From contig CBDFJQ010000002.1 of assembly GCA_965248575.1 (NCBI GenBank), forward strand, positions 1,248,001 through 1,312,000: DNA of 64,000 nucleotides. The letters run 5' to 3'. Of this stretch, positions 10,308 to 20,566 are shown one piece after another; position 1 is the first letter of the stretch, and each line of letters starts with the position of its first letter. Made by a program: the position numbers and the translations under genes. A model generated the notes under the pieces. That model was not told where the DNA came from. It worked only from the letters and a program-made list of their open reading frames with translations, and ran no database searches. Origin of the DNA: Planctomycetota bacterium (GTDB lineage: Bacteria; Planctomycetota; B15-G4).

Positions 10308-12608
10308 ATGCACGTCCTGTTGCTCGCCGTGACCCTGCTCGTCGCCCCGCCTGTTTTCGACGATCTGATCGCGGACCTCGATGACGTCCTCTTCCAACTT
10401 GCGGACGCCGAGGGAGCCGAGACCTGGGACCTGGCACGGGAACTCCGTGACGCAGCACGCACGGACACGATCCGCTCGGTGCCCCACCTCCAGGAGGCTG
10501 CGGTGGGAGCAGCCCCCTCGGTGGAGCTCGTGATCGCGCGCACGCTGCTCGACGTCGATGCGCCCAGGGAGGCTGCCAGCATCCTGCTCAGCATGCTGGA
10601 GGGGCCGCTGGCAGAAGCGAGCCTGGCGATCCTGGCCCACAAGTCCTTCAAGGATGTCGGTTCGGTTGCGGAGAGCCTCGAGGGGCTCAGCCGGGAGGAG
10701 CTGCCCCCGCTGCTCGCCGTGGCCACAGCTCGCACGCTCTACAAGGTCAGCCGTCGGGCCGCGGCGCGGACAGGCGCCCGGCGCGAGCTCTTGCGCGCGC
10801 TCGAAAGTGATGACGCAGATCTTCGGGCCGAGGCCGCGCTGGCCCTGGCGGAGATCAACGACTTCGAGTCCGCGCGCCCCCTGCTCCGCACCCTGACCCA
10901 GGACCCCGGTCGTCGGGGGCAACTGGCGCGGGCCTATCTCGAGACCGACTTCCAGATCGACTACTACACACGCCAGCTCTACAAGCAGGCCGAACAGATC
11001 TCCGTCAGTGATGTCACGAGCAATCGCCCTCTCGACAAGGAGACCGTCGGGTCGGGGCCGGGCAGCCTCGACGTGCTGGAGGAGCTCATCGAGCGCGTCC
11101 AGAACTACCACCTGCTCGGCGAAGAACTGAAAGGCACCGAAGGTCGTGAACGCCTCGTGACGGCCGCCGCCAAGGGCATGCTGCAGACCCTCGACCTGCA
11201 CTCCACCTACTTCTCCAGCGCAGAGTTCGAGCGCTGGATCCTCGACCTGCGCCGCCACTATGCGGGCATCGGCGCGTATGTCGACACCGTCGACAATGTG
11301 TTCACCATCACGCGCCCCATCTACTCGGGCCCGGCCTACGGCGCGGGCCTCGTCTCCGGCGACCAGATCCTGAAGGTCGATGGGTGGGACACCTACAACG
11401 AGAACAACGACGACATCATCCGCCGGCTCAAGGGCGAACCCGGTACCGAGGTCACCATCTCCGTCTACCGCGAAGGCTGGCAGAAGGCGCGGGAATTCGT
11501 GATCGAGCGCCGCGTGATCGACATCGCGTCGGTCAACTGGGACATGCTGCCTGGCGACATCGGTTACGTGGAGGTCCTGGGCTTTGCTCAGGACACGACC
11601 GTCGAGATGATCAAGGCTCTCAGGGAGCTCGAGAGCAAGCAGATGAAAGGCTTGATCCTCGACCTCCGCAACAACAGCGGCGGCTACCTCGACGAAGCCG
11701 TCAACATGTGCTCGATGGTGCTGCCCCCGGGCGAGGAAGTCGTCTACACCGAGGGGCGAGGCGTGCGGAGGCAGAGCTACCCCTCAACCTCCCTGCCCGG
11801 CTACTCCAAGCCCTACACCGGCCCCATGATCGTGTTGGTGAATTCGCGCAGCGCCAGTGCCAGCGAGATCGTCTCCGGCTGCCTTCAGGAGGCACAGCGA
11901 GCGCTCGTGGTCGGTGACAAGACCTTCGGCAAGGGATCGGTGCAGCAGGCCTTCCCCTTGGACACCCGGCCCGGTGACGAACTGCGGACGGATGCCAACC
12001 ACAACCAGGCCTACGACCCGGGCGACACGTACCGCGACATCGATGGGGATGGCAAATACACCTACCCCGTGAACGTGAAGATCACCAACGCTCGCTACTA
12101 CCTTGCGAGCGGCAAGTCACTGCACACCGAGCGCGACCTGGATGGGCGCATCGTGAAGGACGGCGGTGTCGAGCCCGACGTGGAGATCGAGTTCAGTGCT
12201 CTCGCAGGCTGGGAGAACCACGAGCTGGCGGAGCTCTTCGATCGCCTGGATGGGGAAGACCCCTTCCAAGAGTACGTGCGCGAGCGTTTCGACGCTCACC
12301 GCCCGCTGTTTCACGAGCTGGCCTTTGGCGACAACCACGACACCGGCCGCTATCCGGAGTTCGAGGCCTTTCGCGATGGCCTCGAGACCCCCCTCTCTGA
12401 CAACACCCTGCGGCTCGTGCTTCGGGCTCGTGTGCGCGATCGCGTGGCCGATGACCTGGGCAAGGTGTTCCCTGGCGGCGTGATCTACGGCGACTGGCAG
12501 GAAGACAACCAGCTGCAGGCGGCCATCTCGGTCCTGGCACGGGAGATGGCGCTGGATCTCACGGCCTTTGAGGCCTACGACGACTTCGAGAGTGCGCCCC
12601 CGCGCTAG
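10308..12608 (+). CDS. S41 carboxy-terminal processing protease with N-terminal HEAT-like repeats and PDZ domain
   Basis: Signal peptide; YAGIGA PDZ loop; LILDLRNNSGG, SASASEIV (catalytic Ser), TFGKGSVQ (Lys). Confidence 0.9.
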   Translation: MHVLLLAVTLLVAPPVFDDLIADLDDVLFQLADAEGAETWDLARELRDAARTDTIRSVPHLQEAAVGAAPSVELVIARTLLDVDAPREAASILLSMLEGPLAEASLAILAHKSFKDVGSVAESLEGLSREELPPLLAVATARTLYKVSRRAAARTGARRELLRALESDDADLRAEAALALAEINDFESARPLLRTLTQDPGRRGQLARAYLETDFQIDYYTRQLYKQAEQISVSDVTSNRPLDKETVGSGPGSLDVLEELIERVQNYHLLGEELKGTEGRERLVTAAAKGMLQTLDLHSTYFSSAEFERWILDLRRHYAGIGAYVDTVDNVFTITRPIYSGPAYGAGLVSGDQILKVDGWDTYNENNDDIIRRLKGEPGTEVTISVYREGWQKAREFVIERRVIDIASVNWDMLPGDIGYVEVLGFAQDTTVEMIKALRELESKQMKGLILDLRNNSGGYLDEAVNMCSMVLPPGEEVVYTEGRGVRRQSYPSTSLPGYSKPYTGPMIVLVNSRSASASEIVSGCLQEAQRALVVGDKTFGKGSVQQAFPLDTRPGDELRTDANHNQAYDPGDTYRDIDGDGKYTYPVNVKITNARYYLASGKSLHTERDLDGRIVKDGGVEPDVEIEFSALAGWENHELAELFDRLDGEDPFQEYVRERFDAHRPLFHELAFGDNHDTGRYPEFEAFRDGLETPLSDNTLRLVLRARVRDRVADDLGKVFPGGVIYGDWQEDNQLQAAISVLAREMALDLTAFEAYDDFESAPPR

Positions 12609-12667
12609 CAGGGCCGCCGAACCATCGTCCGTCTGCTGGCTCCCCTCGTCGGTGCGAGGGTGCGGCC

Positions 12668-13876
12668 CTAGCCAACAGTCTCGTCTTCCAGGTCGGCGTC
12701 GATGTTGTCCGCTGATTCGGCCCATTCGCGATAGAAGGGCAGCACGAGTTCGCGCCAGAGGACCTTGCAGACCAAGGCGAGGGGGACGGCGACCAGGACG
12801 CCCAGGGTTCCGAGCAGCGCGCCGCCAGCGAGCAGGACCACGACCATGGCGACGGGATGCAGTCCCGTCTCGCGGCCGAGCAGCAAGGGGAAGAGCACGG
12901 CCCCTTCGATGGCCTCCGCTGCGCCGAACAGGGCGAGCAGCCAGAGCAGGCTGTCGGATCCCCCACCGGGCATCGTGAGCGCAATCACCGATGCAGGCAC
13001 CACGCCCACCAGGAAGCCCAGGAAGGGCACCAGGGACAGGAGGCCCGACACGAGGGCGATGGGCAGCGCGAAGTCGATCCCCAGGGTGAGCATGCCTGCG
13101 AAGAGGATCGCAGCCTTGACCATGCCGCAGGCCAAGCGCCCGCGCAGGAAGGCGACCTGCTCCTTGCCGATGTCCCGAGCGATGCGATTGACCTGCTCGC
13201 GGTAGCGAATCGGCACGAGGTCGTGCAGCGCCCGCGACATGGACGGATACTCGACCAGGAAGAAGAACAGGTAGAACGGAACCAGCACGAGCAGGGTCAG
13301 CAGCTGGAAGAAGCCACCGGCCCACGAGGCGAGGCGGTCCAGCCCCGTGGCCATCATCGACGTGGCCGGGACCCACATCCGCTCCAGCAGGTCCAGGGCG
13401 CTGTTGCCCAACTCGTCCACGACCCCACCCCAGACGCCGTGGGCGAAGCGCGTACGCTGCTCGTCAATCCACTGGCGCAGGGCCACGAGGGCTCCGCCGT
13501 CCCACTCGCCATCGCCGTTGCGATCGTCGAACTCGTCCTGACCGTTGGGGCCGTCGGCCAGGTTGATCAGGTTGTTCCCGTCATAGTCCGCGTGGAACTG
13601 CTCGCCCCTCAAGACGTCCACGAGCTGGGTGAACTGGGTGGAGATGGCAGCCGTCGTCAGCGCGGCACCGATCAGGATCACGACGTACAGCAGGCTCACC
13701 GTGACCACCCGCGGGAAGCGGAAACGCGCCGCCGCCTCCACCACCGGGTTGAGGATCACCGCCAGGAGGGCCGCCATGAAGACGGGACTCAGGACGGGTG
13801 AGAGGTTGGACGCCAGGAACAGCGCCACCACCACAGCGACGACGGGAAACGCGATCCGGCGGTACCGGATGCTCAT
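12668..13876 (-). CDS. AI-2E (PerM) family transporter
   Basis: LAVILNPVV, LSLVPFLG, GLHPVAMVVVLLAGGALLGTLGVLVAVP; ATG 13876 overlaps the upstream stop (ATGA). Confidence 0.88.
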   Translation of the reverse strand: MSIRYRRIAFPVVAVVVALFLASNLSPVLSPVFMAALLAVILNPVVEAAARFRFPRVVTVSLLYVVILIGAALTTAAISTQFTQLVDVLRGEQFHADYDGNNLINLADGPNGQDEFDDRNGDGEWDGGALVALRQWIDEQRTRFAHGVWGGVVDELGNSALDLLERMWVPATSMMATGLDRLASWAGGFFQLLTLLVLVPFYLFFFLVEYPSMSRALHDLVPIRYREQVNRIARDIGKEQVAFLRGRLACGMVKAAILFAGMLTLGIDFALPIALVSGLLSLVPFLGFLVGVVPASVIALTMPGGGSDSLLWLLALFGAAEAIEGAVLFPLLLGRETGLHPVAMVVVLLAGGALLGTLGVLVAVPLALVCKVLWRELVLPFYREWAESADNIDADLEDETVG

Positions 13877-14277
13877 TCCACGTGCAGGGCTGCGCTGCGT
13901 GCCTTGTCGAAGGCCTCCCGGAAGTTGAAGCCGTTCCGGAAGTCGCTCTTGCGATCCGTCTCCTGCTTGTTGAGCAGACGGCACTCCACCAAGCCGAACA
14001 CGATTTCACCGAAGTCTTCGGTGCGGTAAATCCCCCAGTGCTCCAGCACAAGGCGTGCGAGGGGCCCGTAGAGCTCCAGCGCGAAGCCCCGCAGCCCTTC
14101 CAGCAGTTCGATGGCCGAGACATGCGGATCCTCACCCGTCTCGTCCTGCTGCGCCGCCTGGCGGTCCAGGACGAAGTCCAGGGCCCGGAAGACGAAATGG
14201 TAGGCATCCGCCTTGTAGCGTCGGTCTGCAGCCGCAAGGGCAGAGATGCGTTCGTCGAGAGTGAGGGTCTGGCTCAT
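13873..14277 (-). CDS. PVC-restricted conserved protein (Minf_1886/TIGR04138-like)
   Basis: AYHFVFRALDF...HVSAIELLEGLR...VLEHWGIYRTEDFGEIVFGLV pattern recognised from this family. Confidence 0.8.
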   Translation of the reverse strand: MSQTLTLDERISALAAADRRYKADAYHFVFRALDFVLDRQAAQQDETGEDPHVSAIELLEGLRGFALELYGPLARLVLEHWGIYRTEDFGEIVFGLVECRLLNKQETDRKSDFRNGFNFREAFDKARSAALHVE

Positions 14278-14363
14278 GGGACGACCGGAAGGGGAGACGT
14301 GCCGTGTTCCCGCGAACGGGTACAGCGACTATCGGTCGGTCTTGCGGCCAGCTTGACCGCCCC

Positions 14364-15359
14364 CTAGGTATAGCGCTTTGGTGAGGCCGGACCCCCCACC
14401 CCTTCGTGTGCGATTTCGTGGCCCAGAGCGACCCATGTCACATGGGCTGGAACATGTCGACGAAAGTCCGCTGTGGCCTCCAAAACGGCCTCTTCGGCCG
14501 CAAGCAGGGTCTCCGTTGCCGGGAAGGCAGCGGCATCGACAACGGCCGTTGTACGCACGCCCTCAGGTGCGCCGCCGCCCTGCAGGAAAGCCAGGTCACG
14601 CAGCCGCTGATGCATCACCCGCAACGCCAACCGGCGGTGCAGATCCTCGTCGGCATCCTCGCCTTCCGTAAGCTCCTGGACCGTCCGCGCGAAGCTGGTG
14701 GGAAGCACCTGAGACTGCAGGAGCAGGTCGAACGCCTCAACCAGGCCGGCGACATCGAGCCCCTGGAAGCGCTCGGCGTCGCGCCCCGTCCCCAGGATCT
14801 GCCCCGAGAGGTCCGCGTCTTCGAAGAGCCTGATCTCCTGGCAGCGGGAGCGCACCGTCTCCAGCAAGCCCTCTTCGCGCCCCGTCACCAACACCAACAG
14901 GCTTCCAGAAGGAGGCTCCTCGAGTGTCTTCAGGAGCGCGTTCTGGGCTTCCTCGTTCATGTCGTCCGCGTCTTGCAGGATGACCGCACGGCCGCCCCCT
15001 TCCACCGCACGCAACGCCAGACCCGGCAGCACCCCGCGTCGCACCTGATCCACAGTCAGCTCGTGCTTCGAGCCCCATCCGTCAGGGTCCTGCTCAGGGC
15101 TCGGGTTCTTGCACACATGGATCAGGTCCGGGTGATTCCGGGTGCTCACCTTGCGGCAGCTTGAGCAGCTCCTGCAGGGCGCGTCCGGCCCCTTGCACCA
15201 ACGCATCTGGATGAGCCATTCGGCGAAGGCCGCCTTGCCCACCCCTTCCTCGCCAGTCAGCATCAGCGCGTGCGGCAAGCGCCCGCTTCGATGTGCCGCC
15301 CTGAGCGCGCTGCGCGCTGCCGTGTGGTCGGACGCCTCCCGCTGTGCAGGCTCACTCAT
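14364..15359 (-). CDS. holB: DNA polymerase III delta-prime subunit
   Basis: LPHALMLTGEEGVGK, CRSCSSC, HPD, AQNALLKTLEEP, TVRSRCQ; downstream of tmk. Confidence 0.88.
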   Translation of the reverse strand: MSEPAQREASDHTAARSALRAAHRSGRLPHALMLTGEEGVGKAAFAEWLIQMRWCKGPDAPCRSCSSCRKVSTRNHPDLIHVCKNPSPEQDPDGWGSKHELTVDQVRRGVLPGLALRAVEGGGRAVILQDADDMNEEAQNALLKTLEEPPSGSLLVLVTGREEGLLETVRSRCQEIRLFEDADLSGQILGTGRDAERFQGLDVAGLVEAFDLLLQSQVLPTSFARTVQELTEGEDADEDLHRRLALRVMHQRLRDLAFLQGGGAPEGVRTTAVVDAAAFPATETLLAAEEAVLEATADFRRHVPAHVTWVALGHEIAHEGVGGPASPKRYT

Positions 15360-16029
15360 GTTCATGAGCGCCCTGCCTCGCGGCACCCGGGAGCATGGGC
15401 AGCAGAACGGCATCGACGTCTCGGCCGAGCAGATCGATCTCCGCCCGACCATCCAGCACGACGAAGCCGTCGGGTGCCGCGGCGGCGAAGCGGAGATAGG
15501 ACGCTCGCACCCGCTCGAAGTACTCCCGGCTCCGCGCCTCGATGCGATCGGGCCCTTCGGCCTGCCCCGCGTTCAATCGCTCAACGGCAACTTCGACAGG
15601 GATGTCGAGCAGCACGATGCAAGCTGGCTCCACACCGCGCGTGGCGACGCGGGCCAGCTGGAGGATCAGCGCCTCGTCCACATCCAGGCCGGCGCCCTGA
15701 TAGGCAACGGTCGAGTAGTGGGTCCGATCCAGGACGACCAGCTCGCCTCGCGCCAAAGCGGGCAACACGCGCTGGGCGTAGAGCTCCGCGCGCGAAGCCA
15801 TGTACAGCAAGGTCTCGGAGAGCGGATCCATCTCCTCCCCGTGCAGCAGGAGATCCCGCACGCGCTCGCCGAACTCGGTCCCGCCCGGCTCCCTCAGCAG
15901 GTGGACGACTCGCTCGGCGTCACGGGCCTTCAGTCGCTCCACGAAGCGGCTGGCCTGGGTGCTCTTGCCGCATCCATCAATGCCCTCGAACGCGAGGAGC
16001 AAGCCCCCTGCCCGAACGTCGGCTACCAC
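15352..16029 (-). CDS. tmk: thymidylate kinase
   Basis: FEGIDGCGKSTQ, REPGGT, LDRTHYSTVAYQG. Confidence 0.96.
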   Translation of the reverse strand: MVADVRAGGLLLAFEGIDGCGKSTQASRFVERLKARDAERVVHLLREPGGTEFGERVRDLLLHGEEMDPLSETLLYMASRAELYAQRVLPALARGELVVLDRTHYSTVAYQGAGLDVDEALILQLARVATRGVEPACIVLLDIPVEVAVERLNAGQAEGPDRIEARSREYFERVRASYLRFAAAAPDGFVVLDGRAEIDLLGRDVDAVLLPMLPGAARQGAHEHE

Positions 16030-17495
16030 TCGAAGTCCCGTTGGGCGCCCGCAAGCCGGGCCTGAAGCACGTGGATGAGTTTCTCGTAGGCCGGATCGGC
16101 AGCTCGGCGTCGGTCCACCGCACGCCGGGCGTAGGCCACGATGGATGGCGACTTCAGCCGCAGCGAGCGACAGATCTGCCGGGCGGACAGTCCCAGGCTA
16201 CGGCTGGCGAGATAGACGCACAGGTGACGCATCATGGCCACGTCCCGGGACTTCTCGCTGGAGCGCAGGCGATCCGGGCACAGCCCGGTCTCCTCGCACA
16301 CCATGTCGACCAGGAGGGTGATGGAGCCCGCTCCGCGTCCTACCCGTACCAGGCGGGCCTCCACGTCGTCCAGCTGCACCACGGCCGCCGGGGAACGCCC
16401 CACCGCCTTCTTGCTGCGATCCCTGGCAGCTGCGCCTGAATCCTCGAGCAGGGCGGCTGCTTCGCTCAATGTTCCCGGACAACGCTCGGCCACTGCCTCG
16501 AGGGCTTTCGATTGCACCTGCACAGGCAAGCGCTCAACGACGGAGCGCAGGACCCGGGCGCGATCTGCGCCATCCGGCTGCAGCATCTCGACCACCAGGC
16601 CGCCCTCGAAGTGCGAACGCAGGTGATCGCCCAGCCCATGGATCATGCCGGGCGCGTGTCGCGACAGCACCAGCACCCGACCACCTCGAGCCAGGATCGG
16701 GCTGATCAAGCTCACGGCAACCTTCTGGGCAGTCTGCTGGCCCCGCAAGCGATGGGCTTCATCGAGCACGATGGTGTCGTGCGCAGCCCAGCTGCGCTGG
16801 ATGGAACCGAACGTCCGGGCCCGTGTCGCGCGCCGAACATCTCGCCCCAAAGACTCCCCCGACAACACCAGGGGATTGCAGTCGGGGTCGTTCGCCAGCA
16901 GGCCGCGCAGAGCGGCCCCCGCGAGGGCCGTCTTGCCGCAACCATGCGGCCCATGAATGAACAGCGGATTGAAGTCCCGCCCGCTGGATTGCACGAAAGC
17001 ATCCACGGCCTTGGCAGCCAACTCGTTGGCCGCCGTGCGCACGAACTCGGCGGGCCCGGCCAGGGCAACGGGGTCCCGACGGTCTCGTTTGAGCCGACGG
17101 GCCGCTTCGGCGTCGGCCGCCTGCACGTCCTTGGACTTGGAGCCGACCGCGGGCGCCTTGTCCTGATCCTGATCCTGATCCAGGACCTCGTCCGATGGCG
17201 CCGCGCTTCCGTCTGTGATCGATGCGCCCTCCGGATCGGAGGCGCTGGTTGCAACGCGAATGCGCAAGCGCACGTGGCTGCCCGTGATCTCCCGGAAGAT
17301 GGACTCGATGTCCTCCCGGTAGCAGTTGTCGATCGCCTCCTTCTTGGAGGCGTCCTTCACATCCAGGGTGAACAACCCCCGCCGAAAGGAGTAGGGCTCC
17401 GCATCTTCGAGCCACAGTTCCCTGACTTGGTGTCCGCGCAAGCGACCGAACTCTTCGGTGACCACGGACCAGATCTGTTGCTCGGGGATCGTCAT
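16023..17495 (-). CDS. divergent DnaA-family protein (paralog)
   Basis: Domain I-like N-terminus, FNPLFIHGPHGCGKT Walker A, IVLDEAH Walker B, C-terminal domain-IV-like HTH; several key residues substituted. Confidence 0.85.
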   Translation of the reverse strand: MTIPEQQIWSVVTEEFGRLRGHQVRELWLEDAEPYSFRRGLFTLDVKDASKKEAIDNCYREDIESIFREITGSHVRLRIRVATSASDPEGASITDGSAAPSDEVLDQDQDQDKAPAVGSKSKDVQAADAEAARRLKRDRRDPVALAGPAEFVRTAANELAAKAVDAFVQSSGRDFNPLFIHGPHGCGKTALAGAALRGLLANDPDCNPLVLSGESLGRDVRRATRARTFGSIQRSWAAHDTIVLDEAHRLRGQQTAQKVAVSLISPILARGGRVLVLSRHAPGMIHGLGDHLRSHFEGGLVVEMLQPDGADRARVLRSVVERLPVQVQSKALEAVAERCPGTLSEAAALLEDSGAAARDRSKKAVGRSPAAVVQLDDVEARLVRVGRGAGSITLLVDMVCEETGLCPDRLRSSEKSRDVAMMRHLCVYLASRSLGLSARQICRSLRLKSPSIVAYARRAVDRRRAADPAYEKLIHVLQARLAGAQRDFEW

Positions 17496-17695
17496 GTGCG
17501 GATCGACCCTAGCACTGCCTCGCGCGATCACGCAACCGGTCACCCAAAGAGGCGAAATGCGAGAAGTCGAGCAAACTCTTGACACGTCCAGAGAGCCTGC
17601 TCCTCACGGACAACTTCCCCGCAAAAAGGCACAACACGACGCGCATTGGAAGAACTGCTGCGAGCGCTTGACGAATCCGACTTCCGTTTGGTTCG

Positions 17696-20566
17696 TCAGC
17701 GCGTCGACGAGGCCTTGGTCGCAGCGAGCGACTCACGCGCTTCCTCTTGCAAGCTTTCGAGTTCCTCGTCGACAAGCCCGCCCAAGGCGCTGCCCGCTCC
17801 TCCGGCGGAGGGAACCTGGTCGGCGCGCATGCCCAGAACCAAGAGCCATTGCGCACGAGCGAGTTCCGTCGACCCAGCCTCGGAATACAGGCGCGCCAAC
17901 TGCATGCGCGGGCTCGGCGAGTACGGATCGATGCTCACCATCTGCTCGTACATGGCTTGCGCCAAAGGCACATCGTTCGCGTCGAGGGCCTCGCGTGCCA
18001 GGGTCCGTCGCGGCTCCAGCGCTGTCTCGTCGTAGCGGCAGACGGAGCGCAGCACATCGAGCCACTGCTCGCGTTCTTGCTCGTCGGTTTGATCCAACTC
18101 TTCATAGAGCAAGAGCAGCGCGCCCTGGTCCGAGATGTCGCCGGGATACAGCGCTCGTGCGCGGCGCAAGAGATCCAAGGCTTCGTCACGCTCGCCGCGC
18201 GCCAGCAGGATGCGCCCGAGTTGCACCAGGCCATCCGCCTCCAGTTGTTCCGTGTCTGCCAGCTCTTGGAGTTTCACCCGCGCTTCATCCAGGGAACCGG
18301 AACGCAAGGCGATGGCCGCCTCCAAGCGCAGGATCCCGGGCGTCTCGCCCAGCTTCTGCTTGGCCCGACGCAGCGTGCTGTCCCGATCCACGACCTGCCC
18401 CATGTCGTGATAGGCAGAAGCCAGGTCAACAAGGGCAGCTGCATCGCCTTTCATGGCCCGCTTGCGCAGGGCGTCCTTGGCCCGCGGCCCGAGGGCTGGA
18501 CGGATCGCGGCACGACCTCCGACCTCCTCATCGATGAAGGCGAGCAGCAGGGCATCGAGTTCTTCTGCTTCGATGCCCAGAACCGCCTTGACGACCTGCC
18601 GGGTCGAGCTGCCGTCTGCGTACGCCGCCACCATGTCCACCAAGGCCTGGAAGCCGAACTCCCGCTCGACAACCTCGCAGACCAGGCTTCCGAGGTAGTA
18701 ACCCAGCATGACGGTAGCGCCGTCCTGGAAGGCTTCATCCAAGCGCGTGACCGGGAAGACAAGCTCGTTCGCCCGCGCGTTCAAGACCTCCCGCTCGAGG
18801 GGGCGAGTCCAAGCAGGGTTGGCCTTGCGCTCTTCCACCACGCTCACGCCCTCGCTCAACCAACGCGGCAAACGCTGCTTCGAGAGGCCGAGGGTGACGA
18901 CATGCGCATACTCGTGGACGGCCGTTTGCTCCCAATGGAATCGTCGCCGCATCTCGCTGATGGGTGAGACCAGCGTGACGACATTGCCGAAGCAGGCTCC
19001 CACGGCGAAGAAGCCCTCGAAGCCCACGGTGCGCGCCGAGAAGTCTGCGTGCACATCAAAGACCTCCACAAGCACCTCCCCCTCCGGCTCGAAGCCCCAG
19101 CGACGGGCGAGGTCTTCCCGCGCCGCATCGAGCACGTCGGGCAGTAGCTCGCCGAGCACATGCTGTTCACCGGGCGGCAAACGGATGCGGAAGCCGGACT
19201 CCGTCTTCAACTCTGCGGTGTCCGCCAGCCGGCGCAACACCTCAAGCATGTTCTCTCGCCAAGGGAAGGGGAATGGGCTGCGGCCCCGGTGTTCCTCAAG
19301 CGCGGCACGCGCCTCTTCTTCACGACCCAGGTGCGCCAGGCTCTGGGCGAGTATCGAAAGCGGGCTTTCGTCCCCCGGCTCCAGCCGCAAGGCGCGCTCC
19401 AGCGGCTCCAGGGATTCGCCGAAGCGATAGTGCTCCTGCAGCACACGGCCGAGAAGTGCGTCGAGGTGAGCGCTCTCCGGGTGCGCCCGGGCGAAGTCCT
19501 CGCGCGCCTTGACGGCATCCTCCGTGCGACGCGAGACAGCCAGGGCCGTCGCACGCAGCGCGAGCCCCCCCCGATGTCGAGGGTTGTCGAGCAGCACCCG
19601 ATCCGCCACCGACAGCGCCGCATTCACCCGACGAGCTTGGAGCAGCATCTCGCCGCGGATGACGTTGGCTTCAGGATGTCCAGGGTCCCGGCTCAGGGCT
19701 CGGTCCAAGGCCTCGTTCGCCGCACGCCCGTTGCTGCCATAGCGATAGACCTTCGCCTTCACCGTCAAGGCATCGGCATGCCCCGAGTCCACGGCGAGCA
19801 CTTCGTTCAAGGCCGACAAGGTCTTGTCCAAGCCACCTTGTCCGCTCTGGCGCGTTGCGTGATAGACCTCACCCAGCAAGACGATCACCGAGGGGGCCGA
19901 CAGGCGGTAGGTGGGGCCGCGCTTGCCGTTGAGCTCAGCATCCGCCAGCACAAGGGCCTGGTTCGCCACTTCGAACTTGCGCTGCACCATGTACAGCCAC
20001 GCCAGATCCACCAAGCCCTTGCCATCCAACTCGCGGTCATCGATGGCGCGCGTAGCCTGGGCGGCGCGGGCCAAGGACTCCTGGAGCTGGCCGAGGCCCT
20101 GCATGGCCGCCACCTCCAGGCGCGCGGACGCGACCTCTGGCAACGTCTTGCTCCGTGCGAGTTCCAAGGCCTCTTCATAGCGACCACGACGCAACAGAAC
20201 CTGGGCCATCAAGACCGCATCGGGCTCGTTGACCATGGCCAGATGCCGCTCGACATCGTCCAGCTCACCCCGGGACAAGGCCGCAGTCGCCGCCAACTGG
20301 CGCGCTCGGGAGGAGGCAGGGAAATCCAGGAGGTAGTCATCCAGCTCTTGCTTCGCCGAATGACTCCCGCCGCGCCGGAAGTCCTTGGCCAGCTCCTCGA
20401 GAAAAGCGAGGTCTTCCGCTGACTCCTGCTCGTCGAACTGGGCGGCGGCGCGAGGCGAGGCCGGTGCTAGGCAGGCCGTTGCGCTCCCACTCGACAGGAA
20501 CCCGAAGGCGACGAGCGACAGCCCGAGCACGGCAAGCGTCCTACGTCCTTGCGATGTGATCACCAT
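17696..20566 (-). CDS. exported TPR protein with gluzincin (peptidase MA-like) domain
   Basis: Signal peptide, many TPR-like helical repeats, VHEYAHVV followed by WLSEG. Confidence 0.8.
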   Translation of the reverse strand: MVITSQGRRTLAVLGLSLVAFGFLSSGSATACLAPASPRAAAQFDEQESAEDLAFLEELAKDFRRGGSHSAKQELDDYLLDFPASSRARQLAATAALSRGELDDVERHLAMVNEPDAVLMAQVLLRRGRYEEALELARSKTLPEVASARLEVAAMQGLGQLQESLARAAQATRAIDDRELDGKGLVDLAWLYMVQRKFEVANQALVLADAELNGKRGPTYRLSAPSVIVLLGEVYHATRQSGQGGLDKTLSALNEVLAVDSGHADALTVKAKVYRYGSNGRAANEALDRALSRDPGHPEANVIRGEMLLQARRVNAALSVADRVLLDNPRHRGGLALRATALAVSRRTEDAVKAREDFARAHPESAHLDALLGRVLQEHYRFGESLEPLERALRLEPGDESPLSILAQSLAHLGREEEARAALEEHRGRSPFPFPWRENMLEVLRRLADTAELKTESGFRIRLPPGEQHVLGELLPDVLDAAREDLARRWGFEPEGEVLVEVFDVHADFSARTVGFEGFFAVGACFGNVVTLVSPISEMRRRFHWEQTAVHEYAHVVTLGLSKQRLPRWLSEGVSVVEERKANPAWTRPLEREVLNARANELVFPVTRLDEAFQDGATVMLGYYLGSLVCEVVEREFGFQALVDMVAAYADGSSTRQVVKAVLGIEAEELDALLLAFIDEEVGGRAAIRPALGPRAKDALRKRAMKGDAAALVDLASAYHDMGQVVDRDSTLRRAKQKLGETPGILRLEAAIALRSGSLDEARVKLQELADTEQLEADGLVQLGRILLARGERDEALDLLRRARALYPGDISDQGALLLLYEELDQTDEQEREQWLDVLRSVCRYDETALEPRRTLAREALDANDVPLAQAMYEQMVSIDPYSPSPRMQLARLYSEAGSTELARAQWLLVLGMRADQVPSAGGAGSALGGLVDEELESLQEEARESLAATKASSTR

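Noticed and set aside
17496..17695. oriC next to the DnaA-like gene
   Set aside because: No cluster of TTATCCACA-like boxes or AT-rich unwinding element visible
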